The position numbers and the translations under genes are program-made. The notes below the pieces were generated by a model, which was not told the DNA's origin, made no database searches, and was given only the letters and a program-made list of their open reading frames with translations. From positions 5,518,001 to 5,582,000 of the forward strand of contig OX597835.1 of the NCBI GenBank assembly GCA_951406725.2: DNA of 64,000 nt. Direction: 5' to 3'. How positions within the stretch are numbered: the first letter of the stretch is position 1; every line of letters begins with the position of its first letter. This stretch comes from Octopus vulgaris (lineage: Eukaryota). Positions 1 to 13,143 of this stretch are shown here, piece after piece.

Positions 1-363
1 TAGTTAATCTTCAATCTATTCTAGGTAAATTACTTCAGCAACTCTCTGACAACGAAAGACAATAAATAAATTATGTGCAACCACAGAAATATGGACAAAA
101 GCAGACAGTTACTCTCTCACTCGCTGAAAACCATTCTCTATCTGACATACATATGCACAATGCACGCACGCACACACACACACATGTATATAGTCATGCA
201 TATCTCTAAGTGCGATTTCTATGCAAATATATTTGGGTGTATATAGGACTATACTGTTTCATTCAAGAGAAATATGAAACAGTATATAACTCCTTCTATA
301 TATATATACTCTGCTATGTATTGATACCTTACTTATAGTGGTTAACCCCGAATCAACCCGGGA

Positions 364-408
<45 letters not shown>

Positions 409-627
409 GCACACACAAATATACAGATATAAACGCAATTTGAATGGTGAATAATCATTATACTTCCTGTTTATTTACACATACACAAAGAAACATACAT
501 GTGTGTGTTTGTGAGCAAGTATGCGTGTATATATATATACACTGCACACACAAACACATACACACACATGTATATGTATGTATGCCTGCATGTATATATG
601 CATGTATGTATATATGTATGTATAGAT

Positions 628-689
<62 letters not shown>

Positions 690-882
690 GTATGTATTTC
701 TGTATAAACAAAAAATAACGTTTATGATTTCAGTTTCGTTCACTGAGACACAATTAGTGTGTATAATACATATCTGTATGTATATGTTTTGTATGTGTGA
801 TACATACGTCTCTTCGTATGTATGTATGTATGTATGTATGTATGTATGTATGTATGTATGCATGCGATATCTATGCTTTCAG

Positions 883-917
<35 letters not shown>

Positions 918-1613
918 CTCAACTGGAATCATAAATAATTTACTGCGGCTATTTATAAGCCGATTTCATTTTCACCAACATAATTTAACAAGAATTATCA
1001 CGTTCAAAAATGGAAACATATATATTCTCTATTAATATTTTAGTTGATAAAATAACATCTGTTATTTAAGAAACTGTAAAAAGACTAAACAAAATGATTC
1101 AACACAGAAATATTGATTTCCTCGCTGATAAACACACTTAGAACAATTCCGAAAGAAACAAAAATTATATACATATCACGAAGAACGAACTTATTTATAT
1201 ATCTATATTTATTTTTTTTTTAATAATAAAAATAAAGACACTTGAATTTGTCAAAATTCTATGCACTTATTTGTGGTAATCATTCTTCTTTTTACCATTT
1301 CGTAGCAAATGGTTCTGAGGTAGACAGAATTTCGAACTATATATACAATTTGTATAGAATTGTTAAAGCAGAAGAGGGCAGGATGTTGACTGTGACTCTT
1401 GTAAGAGTTCCTTGTTTTGTAGAATTCATAATACGTGTGATGGCTAATCTAAATACAAGGAAAGAAAATGTGAGCATGTTCGATACCGAGCTTTGAGTTC
1501 AAATCCTATCGGAGTCAATTTTATCTTTAGTGAGGCTGATAAAATAAAGTAACTGGGGTCGATTTAATCGCCTGTTTTCCTTCTTTTCCGCCATAGGATT
1601 TTTGGTCTTATAA

Positions 1614-1830
1614 GGTGGTGAGCTGGCAGAAACGTTAGCACACCGGGCGAAATGCTTAGCAGTATTTCGTTTGTCTTTAGATACTGAGATCAAATTCCGC
1701 TGAAGTCAACTTTGCCTTTCATTCTTTCAGGGGGCAATAAATTAAGTGCCAGTTACGTACCGGGATCGATCTAATCGACTGGCCCCCCCTCTCCAAAAAT
1801 TTTGGGCCTTGTGCCTAGAGTAGAAAAGAT
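1614..1830 (+). mobile_element. SINE family 1 (tRNA-derived head plus Nin/Deu-like domain)
   Basis: GAGCTGGCAGAAACGTTAGCAC...AAATTCCGC...CTTTGCCTTTCATTCTTTC...AAATTAAGT, shared with many copies in the window. Confidence 0.85.
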
Positions 1831-2053
1831 TTGTGGCTTTATTTCTGTATTGGAAACAGCTTTGATAGAGTCCGAATGACAAAGTGAAATAAATGCTCTT
1901 TTGCTGTTCGAATGAAAGGTGAAATTGATCTCTGTATGATTTGAACTCACAACGTAACATTCTTGAAGAGAAATACTGCAAAACATGTCACCCAATGCTC
2001 AAGCAATTTGTACCAGCTCACCACCTTTCAATGATTATATACCATAATGAATG

Positions 2054-2085
<32 letters not shown>

Positions 2086-2162
2086 ATATATGTATATTCG
2101 CCATGATAGATCGCTACCAACTACACATTCTTTATTTTCTCTCTTTGTTTCTTTCTGTTTTC

Positions 2163-2198
2163 CTTTCTGTGGAAGAGCGTAGGCTCGAAACGTTAAAG
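2163..2198 (+). ncRNA. Minimal hammerhead-like motif with loopless palindromic stem III
   Basis: CTTT-CTGTGGA-A-GAGC-GTAG-GCTC-GAAAC-GTT-AAAG. Stems I and II are perfect; core A6 is replaced by T. Confidence 0.55.
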
Positions 2199-2296
2199 AC
2201 ATTTTCACTTCCCGAGCGTTATACTAATGCATCTGTTTGCTGTCTACATCATCCGTCTTCGTCTTTATTTTTGGTGAAATCACCGCCCCCCCCCCA

Positions 2297-2461
<165 letters not shown>

Positions 2462-2637
2462 TTACACATATATAATGATGACATAAACATTTCTAAATCT
2501 GAAAAAAATTCTCATCGAAAATAATTTTTACATAACTTTAATTTAATGTCTATTGTACACCATCTGCATCGTACATCATCATTTGACGACAGAGATTGGA
2601 ATATTCTAATGAAACAAATATAATCTTACTGCTTAGT

Positions 2638-2695
2638 GAAGAAGAAGAAGGAGGAAGAGGAGAGGAAGAAGAAGAAGAAGAAGAAGAAGAAGAAG

Positions 2696-2727
<32 letters not shown>

Positions 2728-2790
2728 GAAGATGAAGATGAAGAAGAAGATGAAAATGAAGAAGAAGAAGAAGATGAAGATGAAGAAGAT
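2638..2790. repeat. (GAA)n/(GAT)n microsatellite
   Basis: Direct inspection. Confidence 0.95.
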
Positions 2791-2953
2791 TAAGGAGAAG
2801 AAGAAGGAGAAGAAGAGGGAGACGAGGAGGAGATAGTGAGAAGAGGAAAATAGAGGAATGAAAACAAAACTAGATGAAGCCAAAGTAAGGTGAAAATGAC
2901 AATAGGTGTGAAAGAATGATGCTATGTTGCTAGAATATTATTATTTTCAGTTT

Positions 2954-3350
2954 AAGGCGAGGAGCTGGCAGAGTGGTTAGCAGGCCAGGCAAAAAGCTTA
3001 ACAGCATTTCGTCCGTCTTTAGGGACTGAATTAAAATTTCGCGGAGGTCGACTTTACCTTTCGTCGCTTTCGGATTCAATAAAATAAGTACCAGTTGATC
3101 ATTGGGTTCGATGCGATCAGCTAACGCCCTCCCTCGAAAATACTGGCATTATGCCAAAGTTTGAAACCAGTGTGCGTGTGACAGTATTTGGTCCGGTCCT
3201 CTACACCTCGGGTTCAAACCCTGCTGAGGTTAACTTCGCTTTTCGTCCCTCTAGTAGTCGATAACATTAAGTACTAAGCAAGTACAAGGATTGATTGCAC
3301 TAACTTAACACATTCCCTCAAATTTGTTACGTTTGTTCTTAAATTAGAAA
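2954..3350 (+). mobile_element. Two tandem diverged SINE family 1 copies
   Basis: Same motifs repeated at about 2954-3170 and 3180-3350. Confidence 0.75.
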
Positions 3351-3951
3351 CTCTTATTTTCGATTAGTCTGTTACTGGACCGCCTGAACTGCTTTTCATT
3401 CTTTCTTTTGCCACGGGTCTTAATGTTCTTTAAACAATAGGCGCAGGAGTGGCTGTGTGGTTAAATCAAAGTTAAAGAAAAGATACATACACATATAAAC
3501 AAACGGACACATTTGTATTGGTATTTAAATTTATCTTTAACACGTATTTAAAATTGTGATGTTAATTAGTTTGAACTAATATATATGTATATATAAGTTA
3601 GCTATTTTGGGGAAGTGTTATTAACATTTTAAGAGGCTTTTAAAATCTATATTTATAAATAACGTATATCCACACAAATACACACACATGCGTGTATATA
3701 CACGAAGAATTACATTTATATCCCTCCACTCTCGATGCGAACACCTCAACAAATTTAAAGAATAAAACTTGCATAGCTTTCTTTGGAGTTACCATATTTA
3801 ATTAACTCTCTTAATTTTCATACAACCAATTATCGATCTCTTCCCACTTTACACATAAGTTGAATTCATTTACTTTAGCCTTCGTAATTTTTAGAAACAT
3901 TTTTTCCACTGTATCTTTTTATTTAACTCTTAATATATTCACATACACACA

Positions 3952-3952
<1 letters not shown>

Positions 3953-4029
<77 letters not shown>

Positions 4030-4131
4030 ATCTATCTATCTATTTATCTATCTAACTAACTAACTATCCATCCATCCGTCCGGATGGATGGATAGTTAGT
4101 TAGACAGACAGACAGACAGACAGACAGATAG

Positions 4132-4162
<31 letters not shown>

Positions 4163-4168
4163 GATAGA
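3953..4168. repeat. Inverted compound microsatellite (ATCT)n...(AGAT)n
   Basis: CTAACTAACTATCCATCCATCCG-TC-CGGATGGATGGATAGTTAGTTAG at the centre. Confidence 0.9.
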
Positions 4169-4240
4169 TTAAAAACTAATATAAAGGTAATAAATATGTT
4201 TGTATACTTTTAGGAATATTAATTTAAATATACAAGCGAT

Positions 4241-4998
4241 ATTAAATTCTCTGAACGAGAAGTTAACGGTAGCAACACGGTTTCGTGAAGTATATTTGCC
4301 ACCTAAATTTGGCGGTCTCATAGGGGACGATGCTACTGTTGTTTATAGCCCCAGAAAGATATCTCCTCCAGCTAACAAACGACAGACTGATTAGTATTTG
4401 CGAAGGGAAATGATCGTTCCCATCTCTAGCCTTATGTGATATACACAGTCCTGGGTTTCTGGATAGTAACCCGTCATCATAATCACCAGCTAGTGATAAG
4501 AACTCATTCCAAACGGAAAATACTATATGCTTTTTCCAGTGAGACAGACAGTGTATCGTTAGCCAGCTGGATAAGATGACTTCCTGGGGCTATAAACAGC
4601 AGTAGCATCGTCTCCTATGAGACCGCCACATTTATGTGGCAAATATACTTCACAATTCCGTGCTGCTACTGTTTACTTCTCTCTCAGCGATTTAATAGTA
4701 GTTGTTTCTCTTTTTTCGAAATCAGCGACAGTTTGTCACTGGAAAAAGTATATAATATTTTACGCTTGGAGTGAGTTCTTATCGCTAGATGGTGATTATC
4801 ACACACTGATAACGGGTTACTACCTAGAAACACGGGCCTGTGTGTATCACATAAGAGAAAGATGATTTCTCTTCGCAAATACTAATCAGACATAGTGTGT
4901 CATTGGGCAACTGGAAAAGATGACTTCATGGGCCTATAAACAACAGTAGCATCGTCCTCGATACGACCACCACATTTAGGTGGCAAATATACTCCACG
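4241..4998. repeat. Nested inverted repeat A-B-A'-B'-A'
   Basis: A (4241-4373) is reverse-complemented at 4566-4697 and 4911-4998; B (4385-4541) is reverse-complemented at about 4733-4890. Confidence 0.9.
4801..4843 (+). ncRNA. Decayed hammerhead-like motif (family also at 4443-4480 minus and 9386-9427 plus)
   Basis: ACACA-CTGATAA-CGGGT-TACT-ACCTA-GAAAC-ACGG-GCC-TGTGT. Sister copies read ATGATGA-CGGGT-TACT-ATCCA-GAAAC-CCAG-GAC-TGTGT and CTGAAGA-CGGGT-CAAT-ACCCA-GAAAC. Confidence 0.6.
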
Positions 4999-5277
4999 AA
5001 TCTAAATATACTTCAGCGCATTAGTTTTTTAAAAAAACAAAAACAGAAATAATATGCAACAAATTTGTGGTGAAATAGGAAATATCTCCTTTTATTCTTC
5101 CATAATATTAGGAAAAATACATGGTATTCAAACACTTTATTGAGAAACAATCCTTATTCTCACTAGCATTTTAAAACGACAACAACCCGCTATTAATCAT
5201 GGCTAAATAGAAAAAAAAAGTATTTAAATACGATATCCTCACTCGGCCAATACTAAATCATATTATAAATTACACTG

Positions 5278-5733
5278 ATTCTTTATAATCATCCATACTA
5301 AAAAAGCAATTAAAATTTTAAATTGCGTAGTTTTATTAAGAAAATAACTTCGAAAAGATAAAATCGAAAATTCATATTATCATAATAACATAATTATATT
5401 ATTATAATAGAAATTTACTGAAGTCATTAAGAAAACCTTTAATTAATTACTTGTTTATTCTAAAAGTTGGTTTATTCTAAATACGCCGATAAGTTGAGTA
5501 GCACAACTTGAGGTGAATTTATATGGAAGTTAAAGGATAATAATAATGTATTGTGCAATATTAACCGGCAAATACTTAGTCATGCTAGATCTTCTAAAAT
5601 TTCTGATAACCGCTGTAACTTAGGTGTGAAGGAAATATATCAAATTTTAACATAAAAAAGCGACTTCTTAATGATAGACAGGAACGTGTCATATCTTGTA
5701 AACACTCTTCAAAATTTCTGCTTAGAAAATATA
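5278..5733 (+). mobile_element. Penelope-like element ORF remnant (C-terminal GIY-YIG region)
   Basis: Translation through stops/frameshift gives ILYNHPY ... STT*GEFIWKLKDNN..INRQILSHARSSKISDNRCNLGVKEIYQILT*KKRLLNDRQERVISCKHSSKFLL. This matches the PLE C-terminal pattern T.LSKYIW.LK...W.IL...RC.LC..EK..I...LLN.R.E....C.H..KFLL. Confidence 0.75.
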
Positions 5734-5823
5734 ACCAAATTAAATTGATTATTTGGAAGATTATATTGAATAAAGTTATATGTGTTATATTTTATATTAT
5801 ATATTATTTAGAATTTATTTATG

Positions 5824-5859
<36 letters not shown>

Positions 5860-5953
5860 TGTATGTATGTATGTATGTATGTATGTATGTATGTATGTAT
5901 GTATGCATGCATGTATGTATGTATGTATGTATGTATGTATGTATGTATGTATG

Positions 5954-5986
<33 letters not shown>

Positions 5987-6071
5987 GAATATGTGCGTAT
6001 ATGAGTGTATATGTATGTCTGTGTATGTGTATATATATGTTTGTATATGTATGTATGCATATATATTATTA

Positions 6072-6108
<37 letters not shown>

Positions 6109-7049
6109 CATCATCATTTTTTATATATATTTAGGTAAATGTATACTCATATATGATATATGTCATGTGTTTATACGTTATGTGTGTATATATGTATGTC
6201 TATGTATGAGTATATATATATATATGTGTGTGTGTATTTATATACGTCTGTGCGCGCGCGCGCATGTGTGTATATGTATATGTGTGTATCTATATGTATT
6301 TGAATTCCTCTACAGGTTATTTAATGGATAATTGCTTAATTAAGAAATGCAAATAACCAAATTAATTAGTAAGTAATCAAATTGATTAATTGATACATAA
6401 TGTTGTGGTAAAACTCTAACGTTATTGATGATGACGTGAACGCAGTTTTTTCTTGTGATGTTTTATCCATCGTTATCACGTGATCCTCATTTTTAATGTA
6501 ATTGAAGTTTGAAAAAATATTTTATTGGGAAAAAATATTTTATAGTATAATTAATAGCGATATTTATAATAACTCATTGGATTTCTAAACTAAATTTAGT
6601 ATTATATTATATATAATATAATTGTCTAAGACAAGATTAATATATAGAAAAACTTATTTATCTTATTTCCTTATTTATCTTAAGTATATAACTCCATTGG
6701 TAGATGAATAAAATTTATAAGTTTAAAATTATATTATTTTATTTTATCTTTAATAATTATGGGCATTTAAATTAAATTTAATCATGTACAAATAACTTTA
6801 TAGTAGACCTGAGGAGAATTGAAAACATTTCTATTATCATAATATATCTTTCCGGTTTTGTTTTCTCAAAATTATGAATGCAAAAAAATTATACACATAT
6901 TGATTTACTGTGGTTTATCTTCCTCTGAAAAGCAAACTTTTTGTTTTGTTTATTTATTTATTTGTTTATATATTTATTTTATCTGATAATTAGTATAAAT
7001 GATAAATATATTGGTATATAAAACAGGATTCTAACTGTGAGGTATATTA

Positions 7050-7190
7050 TTAGGTTGTCCCAAAAGTTCGTAAACACTTGCGAAAATTGAATTTTTACTC
7101 GCTAAGTACTAACAAAAACAACAAAGATTATTCCTCAAAATAAAGACCATTATTTTCCAAGACTTTCTACGAACATTTGGGACAACCTTA
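7050..7190. mobile_element. Mariner-derived MITE
   Basis: TIRs TTAGGTTGTCCCAAAAGTTCGTA / TACGAACATTTGGGACAACCTTA flanked by TA. The interior retains the transposase C-terminus KVLENNGLYFEE* on the minus strand. Confidence 0.85.
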
Positions 7191-7679
7191 TATAATAATT
7201 CTTAAATATAATTATATATGTTGAAAATAAATTTTAAATAATTGTACATATATGAATATTTATCGTAGACCCTATCATACAAAGTAAAATTCTATTGTGA
7301 ATTTATGTATCTCCTGTTCTTCCGTTCTTTCGAAAGTATGAAACTATAAAAATTATAAACATTGATTTACAGTAAGTTATTTTTGCTCATTTCTTTATAT
7401 TTATTTGTTTATATATTTTATGTACAAATTAGTATAAGTAATAAATAACACAACGTAACAATTAAAAAAAAATTTGTTTATTGTATTTTTTTATTGTTTA
7501 TCCATCCATTTTTTCTGCTGATTCAAAAAATGAAATTATTTTTTGTGTATCATCAACAGTTAAAAAAATATGTCGACTTTCAATGTTATTAGATATTCGG
7601 TATTGTTATAATGTTCCGCTACTAAATGTATGTATAATTTTCTCTTTCAGACTAATTACTAAGTTCTGCTACTTTCAGG

Positions 7680-7935
7680 ATGGCTACTAGAGTATGTAAA
7701 AATTCTCCAGATACATTTTGCTATGTGTGTGGTTATTATATTGGGAAAAGCAGGTATTACATAAAATCGTGAAAAGTACCAAATTGTGGATAGCATACGG
7801 ACTCTATTTCGGAATGCCCATGGGTGACCAGAACAAACATGGGCTCCACATACATACATATGTGGAAGCTGTCATACATACATTCATAGAACATGGTTAA
7901 GAAGCTTCTCTGAAATAGAATGCGTTTAGCGAGTA
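7680..7935 (+). mobile_element. N-terminal zinc-finger fragment of a Chapaev3-like DNA transposase
   Basis: MATRVCKNSPDTFCYVCG../..AYGLYFGMPMGDQNK/WAPH..ICGSC..WLR matches the C.NSPD.FCY.CG...AY..YFG..LGDQDK.WAPH..C..C motif. Two frameshifts; truncated by (CATA)n. The superfamily name is from memory. Confidence 0.7.
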
Positions 7936-8091
7936 CATACATACATACATACATTCATACATACATACATACATACATATATACATTCATACATACATTC
8001 ATACATACATACATACATACATTCATACATACATGCATACATAGACATACATACATTCATACATACATACATACATACATACATACATACA

Positions 8092-8125
<34 letters not shown>

Positions 8126-8508
8126 CATTCATACATACATTCATACATATATACATAGACATACATACATTCATACATACATACATACATAGACATACAT
8201 ACATTCATACATACATGCATGCATACATACATACATACATACATACATACATAGACATACATGTATTCATGCATACATACATACATACATACATACATAC
8301 ATACATACATAGACAATACATACATATATACATACATTCATACATACATATATACATACATACCTACCTACATACACACATACATACATACATACCTACA
8401 TACATACATACATACATACATACATACATACATACATACATACATACATACACACACACATACATACATACATACATACATACATACATACATACATACA
8501 TACATACA

Positions 8509-8540
<32 letters not shown>
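7934..8540. repeat. (CATA)n array of about 600 bp
   Basis: Direct inspection; similar arrays at 5830-5982, 9506-9720 and 49659-50088. Confidence 0.95.
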
Positions 8541-8542
<2 letters not shown>

Positions 8543-8884
8543 AAGACTAATTTAGAGTTATGGAAGCCATTCTGAGACAGATTTTTAGCGTATAATCGAT
8601 AACATCGACAAACACCAATTTATTTAATTTGAATGGCGGCTAAAATGGCGTCCATACACAAGTAAAGAACAGCCACATTCAGTCTAAATTAGGAAATAAC
8701 ATTTTAAATTAAACCCTAAATATATAATATCTCGTCTCAAAAATACACTAAACAATTTTCTTTCGCAGAAGCAAATATTTCATTCACACAATGTCTGTTA
8801 GTCTTCTTGCTTCAAAGCTATCGAAGACAGAGTATTAAGTTACAGGGTGTGTAGATAGCTAATAACTGTATGTAGAATTATCAA

Positions 8885-8956
<72 letters not shown>

Positions 8957-9001
8957 GTGTGTGTGTATATATATATATGTATGTATATATATATGTATGT
9001 A

Positions 9002-9080
<79 letters not shown>

Positions 9081-9209
9081 AGATTAATCAGCCGAAATTG
9101 CGAGGATGATCCGGTTCTTGACTGAAGATTGAAGGGTTCGAATGTCCCGTCCGTGTTTTTTGTATCGTCTTCTAAATGTTTTACGTTCTTGTCCCAGTTT
9201 GTATTTTTC

Positions 9210-9272
<63 letters not shown>

Positions 9273-9298
9273 TCTACATATATTTCTATATTTCCACT

Positions 9299-9430
9299 TT
9301 TTCAAGATCAGTGACTTTTCGTCACTGGAAAATGTATATGTGTATTTGCATTGAGAGCCACTTCCCATCGCCAACCGGTGGTTGTCACACGCTGAAGACG
9401 GGTCAATACCCAGAAACTGAATTGCTGTTC
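9299..9430 (+). mobile_element. PLE-type terminal repeat fragment with hammerhead core
   Basis: Diverged match to about 4712-4845; contains CTGAAGA-CGGGT-CAAT-ACCCA-GAAAC at 9392-9417. Confidence 0.55.
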
Positions 9431-10217
9431 CTGGATTGCAAACGCATTCCCTTCTAAGTGAGAGTTAGCAATCCGGTGGTTCGTCCATGTTAGATTATTT
9501 TCATGATGTATGTATGTATGTATGTATGTATGTATGTATGTATGTATGTATGTATGTATGTATGTATGTATGTATGTATGTATGTATGTATGCATGTATG
9601 TATGTGTGTGTGTGTATGTATGTATGTATATATGTATGTGTATGTGAATGTATGTATGTGTGTGTATATGTATGTATGTATGTATGCTTATATGTCTGTC
9701 TGTATGTATATATGTATGTGTGTGTATAAACATACATCGACACACATTCGTTCAATTGATACTCTATGTTGTTTAAGCTACAGTTAATAGAGAGAGTGAT
9801 TAGGAAGTAAACAGTAAATCCAAATGCCAAGTATTCGGTATCACCATAACGTCAATCATATTTGATGACCTATTGTAAACTCAATATAGTAAAGTAAGCT
9901 ATGGAATACTACTTGAAGCCACATCCACTATTGGCTTTGTGAAATCGATAATCGAAAATATTTTCAAGAAATACTGATAAAGATATTTGTAAGGCAGGAT
10001 ACAAGATATTGTGGGAATTTTAGCCTTGATTTAGTTGTTGTGGATTAGTATCACGTTAGCCAGCTTATTATCAAGTTTTATTACCGAGCTTATTACCAAC
10101 CAAGCCTATTACCAAGCAGGCTTATTATTAAAAGTATTCCAACCTTAGCCATCCTGTCTTCTATCCACACCTCGTGCATCCGGGAAGATATTGGCCCATA
10201 TAGATATTGGTCCATAT

Positions 10218-10440
10218 AGCTGGCAGAACCGTTAGCACGCCGGGCGAAATGCGTAGCCGTATTTCGTCTGCCGTTACGTTCAGAGTTCAAATCACGCCGA
10301 GGTCGACTTTGCCTTTCATCCTTTCGGGGTCGATAAATTAAGTACCAGTTAAGCACTGGGGTCGATGTAATCGACTTAATCCCTTTGTCTGTCCTTGTTT
10401 GTCCCCTCTATGTTTAGCCCCTTGTGGGTAATAAAGAAAC
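10218..10440 (+). mobile_element. SINE family 1 with TSD
   Basis: Near-consensus copy flanked by AGATATTGGTC(C/G)ATATA. Confidence 0.92.
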
Positions 10441-10704
10441 AGATATTGGTCGATATATCCTTCCTTACTTGAAATAATTCGGTGGGGTCTGAAAGAGAAG
10501 TGGTAGCAATTTTTTTGCAACTCCATCGACAACATGGCTGTCATTCATTGAAATATCACTACCGTAGAAACAGACTCTTGTATTTCAATTAATTTTGGAA
10601 ATTGCGAAGAAGCTAACGAAATAACTTTGTAATCATTATTCTGGTGTTTGGAACTAAAATTAAGATGAAATTTTGATGGGAGATTTTAATTTAGATCAAT
10701 TTAA

Positions 10705-10924
10705 CCCTTTCATTAGCATATTTCTGTTGAATTACGCTGTCTTCGTGTGAATTAATTTCGATAATAAAGAAGCATTTATTAAATTCATTTTGTCATTTTA
10801 ATCAGGTGTTTGGAAATTAAGATCACATGAAATTTTTATGGTAGGTTTTAATTTGGATCGATTTTAAGCAGAAAATTGTGTCCCTGATCCATAGGCAGCT
10901 CTAGGCTTGGTGCTATTAAAAGGG
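10705..10924. mobile_element. piggyBac-like MITE, preceded by a partial tandem copy (about 10545-10700)
   Basis: TTAA-CCCTTTCATTAGCA ... TGCTATTAAAAGGG (12/14 inverted match); the right TTAA is decayed. Confidence 0.55.
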
Positions 10925-10949
10925 CTCAAAAAAAGATTAGAATAAATAT

Positions 10950-11262
10950 CACGTGATCACGTGACCGACCAGTCCATCAGATGTAGTTACACATCGCTGG
11001 TCACAATGCGTTCGCATTGTTTTAGCCTTCGAATGACGCCACCCTGCTGGCTAAGCGAGCAGGCCAACAGAAGAAAGAATGGGAGAAAGAGTGGTGAAAG
11101 AGTACAGCAGGGATCACCACCCCCTGCCGGAGCCTTGTGGAGCTTTTAGGTGTTTTCGCTCAATAAACACTCACAACGCCCGGTCTGGGAATCGAAACTG
11201 CGATCCTACGACCGCGAGTTCGCTGCCCTAACTATTGGGCCATTGGGCCATTGCGCCTCCAC
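10950..11262 (-). mobile_element. SINE family 3 (tRNA-Arg-like head) with TSD
   Basis: Minus strand GGAGGCGCAATGGCCC...TTAGGGCAGCGAACTCGCGGTCGTAGGATCGCAGTTTCGATTCCC; TSD AGAATAAATAT. Confidence 0.9.
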
Positions 11263-11689
11263 AGAATAAATATACTGGGTAATAATGTGTTATACAGGCC
11301 ACGTCTCAAAAGAAACTGAATGGATGGATTAGTCAATGTTGGTATCTTTGCCCAATGTGGATTGCCTTAGGGATTAAATAAGTAACTCGGAAAACTTAGG
11401 ATCATCGAGCAAAAGTTTTAGCGGCGTTTCTTCCGACTCTGTATGTTACCAGGTCAACTTTGCCTTTCATCCTTTCAGACCCGATAAAATAAAGTACCTT
11501 GCGTAAGATTGTCTTTATTTCGGTTTCAAGTTTTATGCGTCTCTTTCTGTCTCTCTCCTACTTTTCTGTTATTCTCTTCTCATCTCTTTATCTCGAAATG
11601 TATACAGAACAAAGATGAGCCAAGAGAAATATGGCTGAGTGACCAGTAGCAGGAACTGGGACAAACAAGATGAATGTCGGTATACTATT

Positions 11690-11919
11690 GGCGGCGAGCT
11701 GGCAGAACCGTTAGCACGCCGGGCGAAATGCTTAGCCGTATTTCGTCTGCCGTTACGTTGTGAGTTCAAATTCCGCAGAGGTCGACTTTACCTTTCACCC
11801 TTCGGGGTCGATAAATTAAGTACCAGTTACGCATTGGGGTCGATGTAATCGACTTAATACCTATGTCTGTCCTTGTTTGTCCCCTCTGTGTTTAGCCCCA
11901 TGTGGGTAATAAAGAAATA
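11690..11919 (+). mobile_element. SINE family 1, full length with TSD
   Basis: GGCGGCGAGCTGGCAG...AATAAAGAAATA; TSD GGTATACTATT. Confidence 0.95.
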
Positions 11920-12029
11920 GGTATACTATTAATACCATACAAGCTACACTCTTAATTTATCTGAAATTTTTATTTTCGCTTTCAGAAACATTAAACAAAC
12001 GTCGGGTAACAAATGCGACCAACTATGAA

Positions 12030-12180
12030 TAAGGAGACAAGCTCCACATCTTTCAACTTCTTTCTTCGATGGTATGCCACCTTCGGAAAAGTCTTCACAC
12101 CTGTTTTTATTTCCTCTTCCAATTCTGAGACGGAAGTAAATATCGGTAGGATTTTATTTACTATACCGTGGAAAGACTGT
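12030..12180 (-). mobile_element. PLE RT-to-endonuclease linker remnant
   Basis: SFHGIVNKILPIF..ELEEEIKTGVKTFPKVAYHRRKKLKDVELV resembles the PLE P.VAYRR.KNLKD.LV motif. Confidence 0.4.
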
Positions 12181-12247
12181 AAATTTATATATACGTGAGT
12201 GTGCTTGTATCTATGTACGTATATTTGTATTATATATATAAATATAT

Positions 12248-12627
12248 ATTCTTTTCTTTTACTTGTTTCAGTCATTTGATTGCGGCCATGCTTGTGCATT
12301 GCCTTTAGTCGAGCAAATCGACCCTCAGGAATTATTTTTTGTAAGCCTAGTACTTATATTCTATCGGTCTCTTTTGCCGAACCGCTAGGTTACGGGGATG
12401 TAAATACACCAGTATCGGTTGTCAAGCAATGTTAGAGGGGAGGGTGCAAACACAGACACACAAACATACACACACACACACACACACACAAATACACACA
12501 TATATAAATATATATACATATACATGACAGGCTTCTTTCAGTTTCCGTCTACCAAATCCACGTACAAGGCTTTGAACTCGGAACCATGTGGTTGGGAAGC
12601 AAGCCTCTTACCACACAGCCATGCCTG
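12248..12627 (-). mobile_element. SINE family 2 (tRNA head, CORE-like segment, internal (TA)(TG)n), internally deleted
   Basis: CTTTTACTTGTTTCAGTCATTTGA...(CA)n...TTCTTTCAGTTTCCGTCTACCAAATCCAC...ACCACACAGCC. Confidence 0.88.
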
Positions 12628-12660
12628 TGTACGTTTTTATTTATATATTGATTTTAGTTG

Positions 12661-12696
<36 letters not shown>

Positions 12697-12772
12697 GGAG
12701 ATTCTCAAAAATGTTCCCGCATATACACACCTGTGTGCCTATTTGTGTATTAAATGTGTATATATACATACC

Positions 12773-12834
<62 letters not shown>

Positions 12835-12847
12835 AACACACACAGAT

Positions 12848-12881
<34 letters not shown>

Positions 12882-13049
12882 TCTTTCCTATACTGATAAT
12901 ATTAAATTAAACTTCAAATTTCCGCACTAAGGCACGGAGTATATGCCCTATGGTCGTAACTTCAACCGTGCTCTTTCTGTTGTGAGTTTGCTACCCAGGT
13001 ATCGGTTATCTTTCGAATTATCCGTAATAAGATAATTCATTTATCTACT

Positions 13050-13143
<94 letters not shown>

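Noticed and set aside
250-286. 13-bp hairpin whose loop region contains TTCAAGAGA, the common synthetic shRNA loop
   Set aside because: The stem is too short, the loop has extra bases, and there is no U6/H1 promoter or T-run terminator; coincidence.
4590-4675. Module A stem-loop considered as a SECIS element (some PLEs encode selenoproteins)
   Set aside because: Lacks the AUGA/GA quartet geometry and apical AA spacing.
8632-8652. YY1-like AATGGCG motifs (also ATATGGCGCC at 56892-56901)
   Set aside because: Short motifs with no supporting transcript start or gene.
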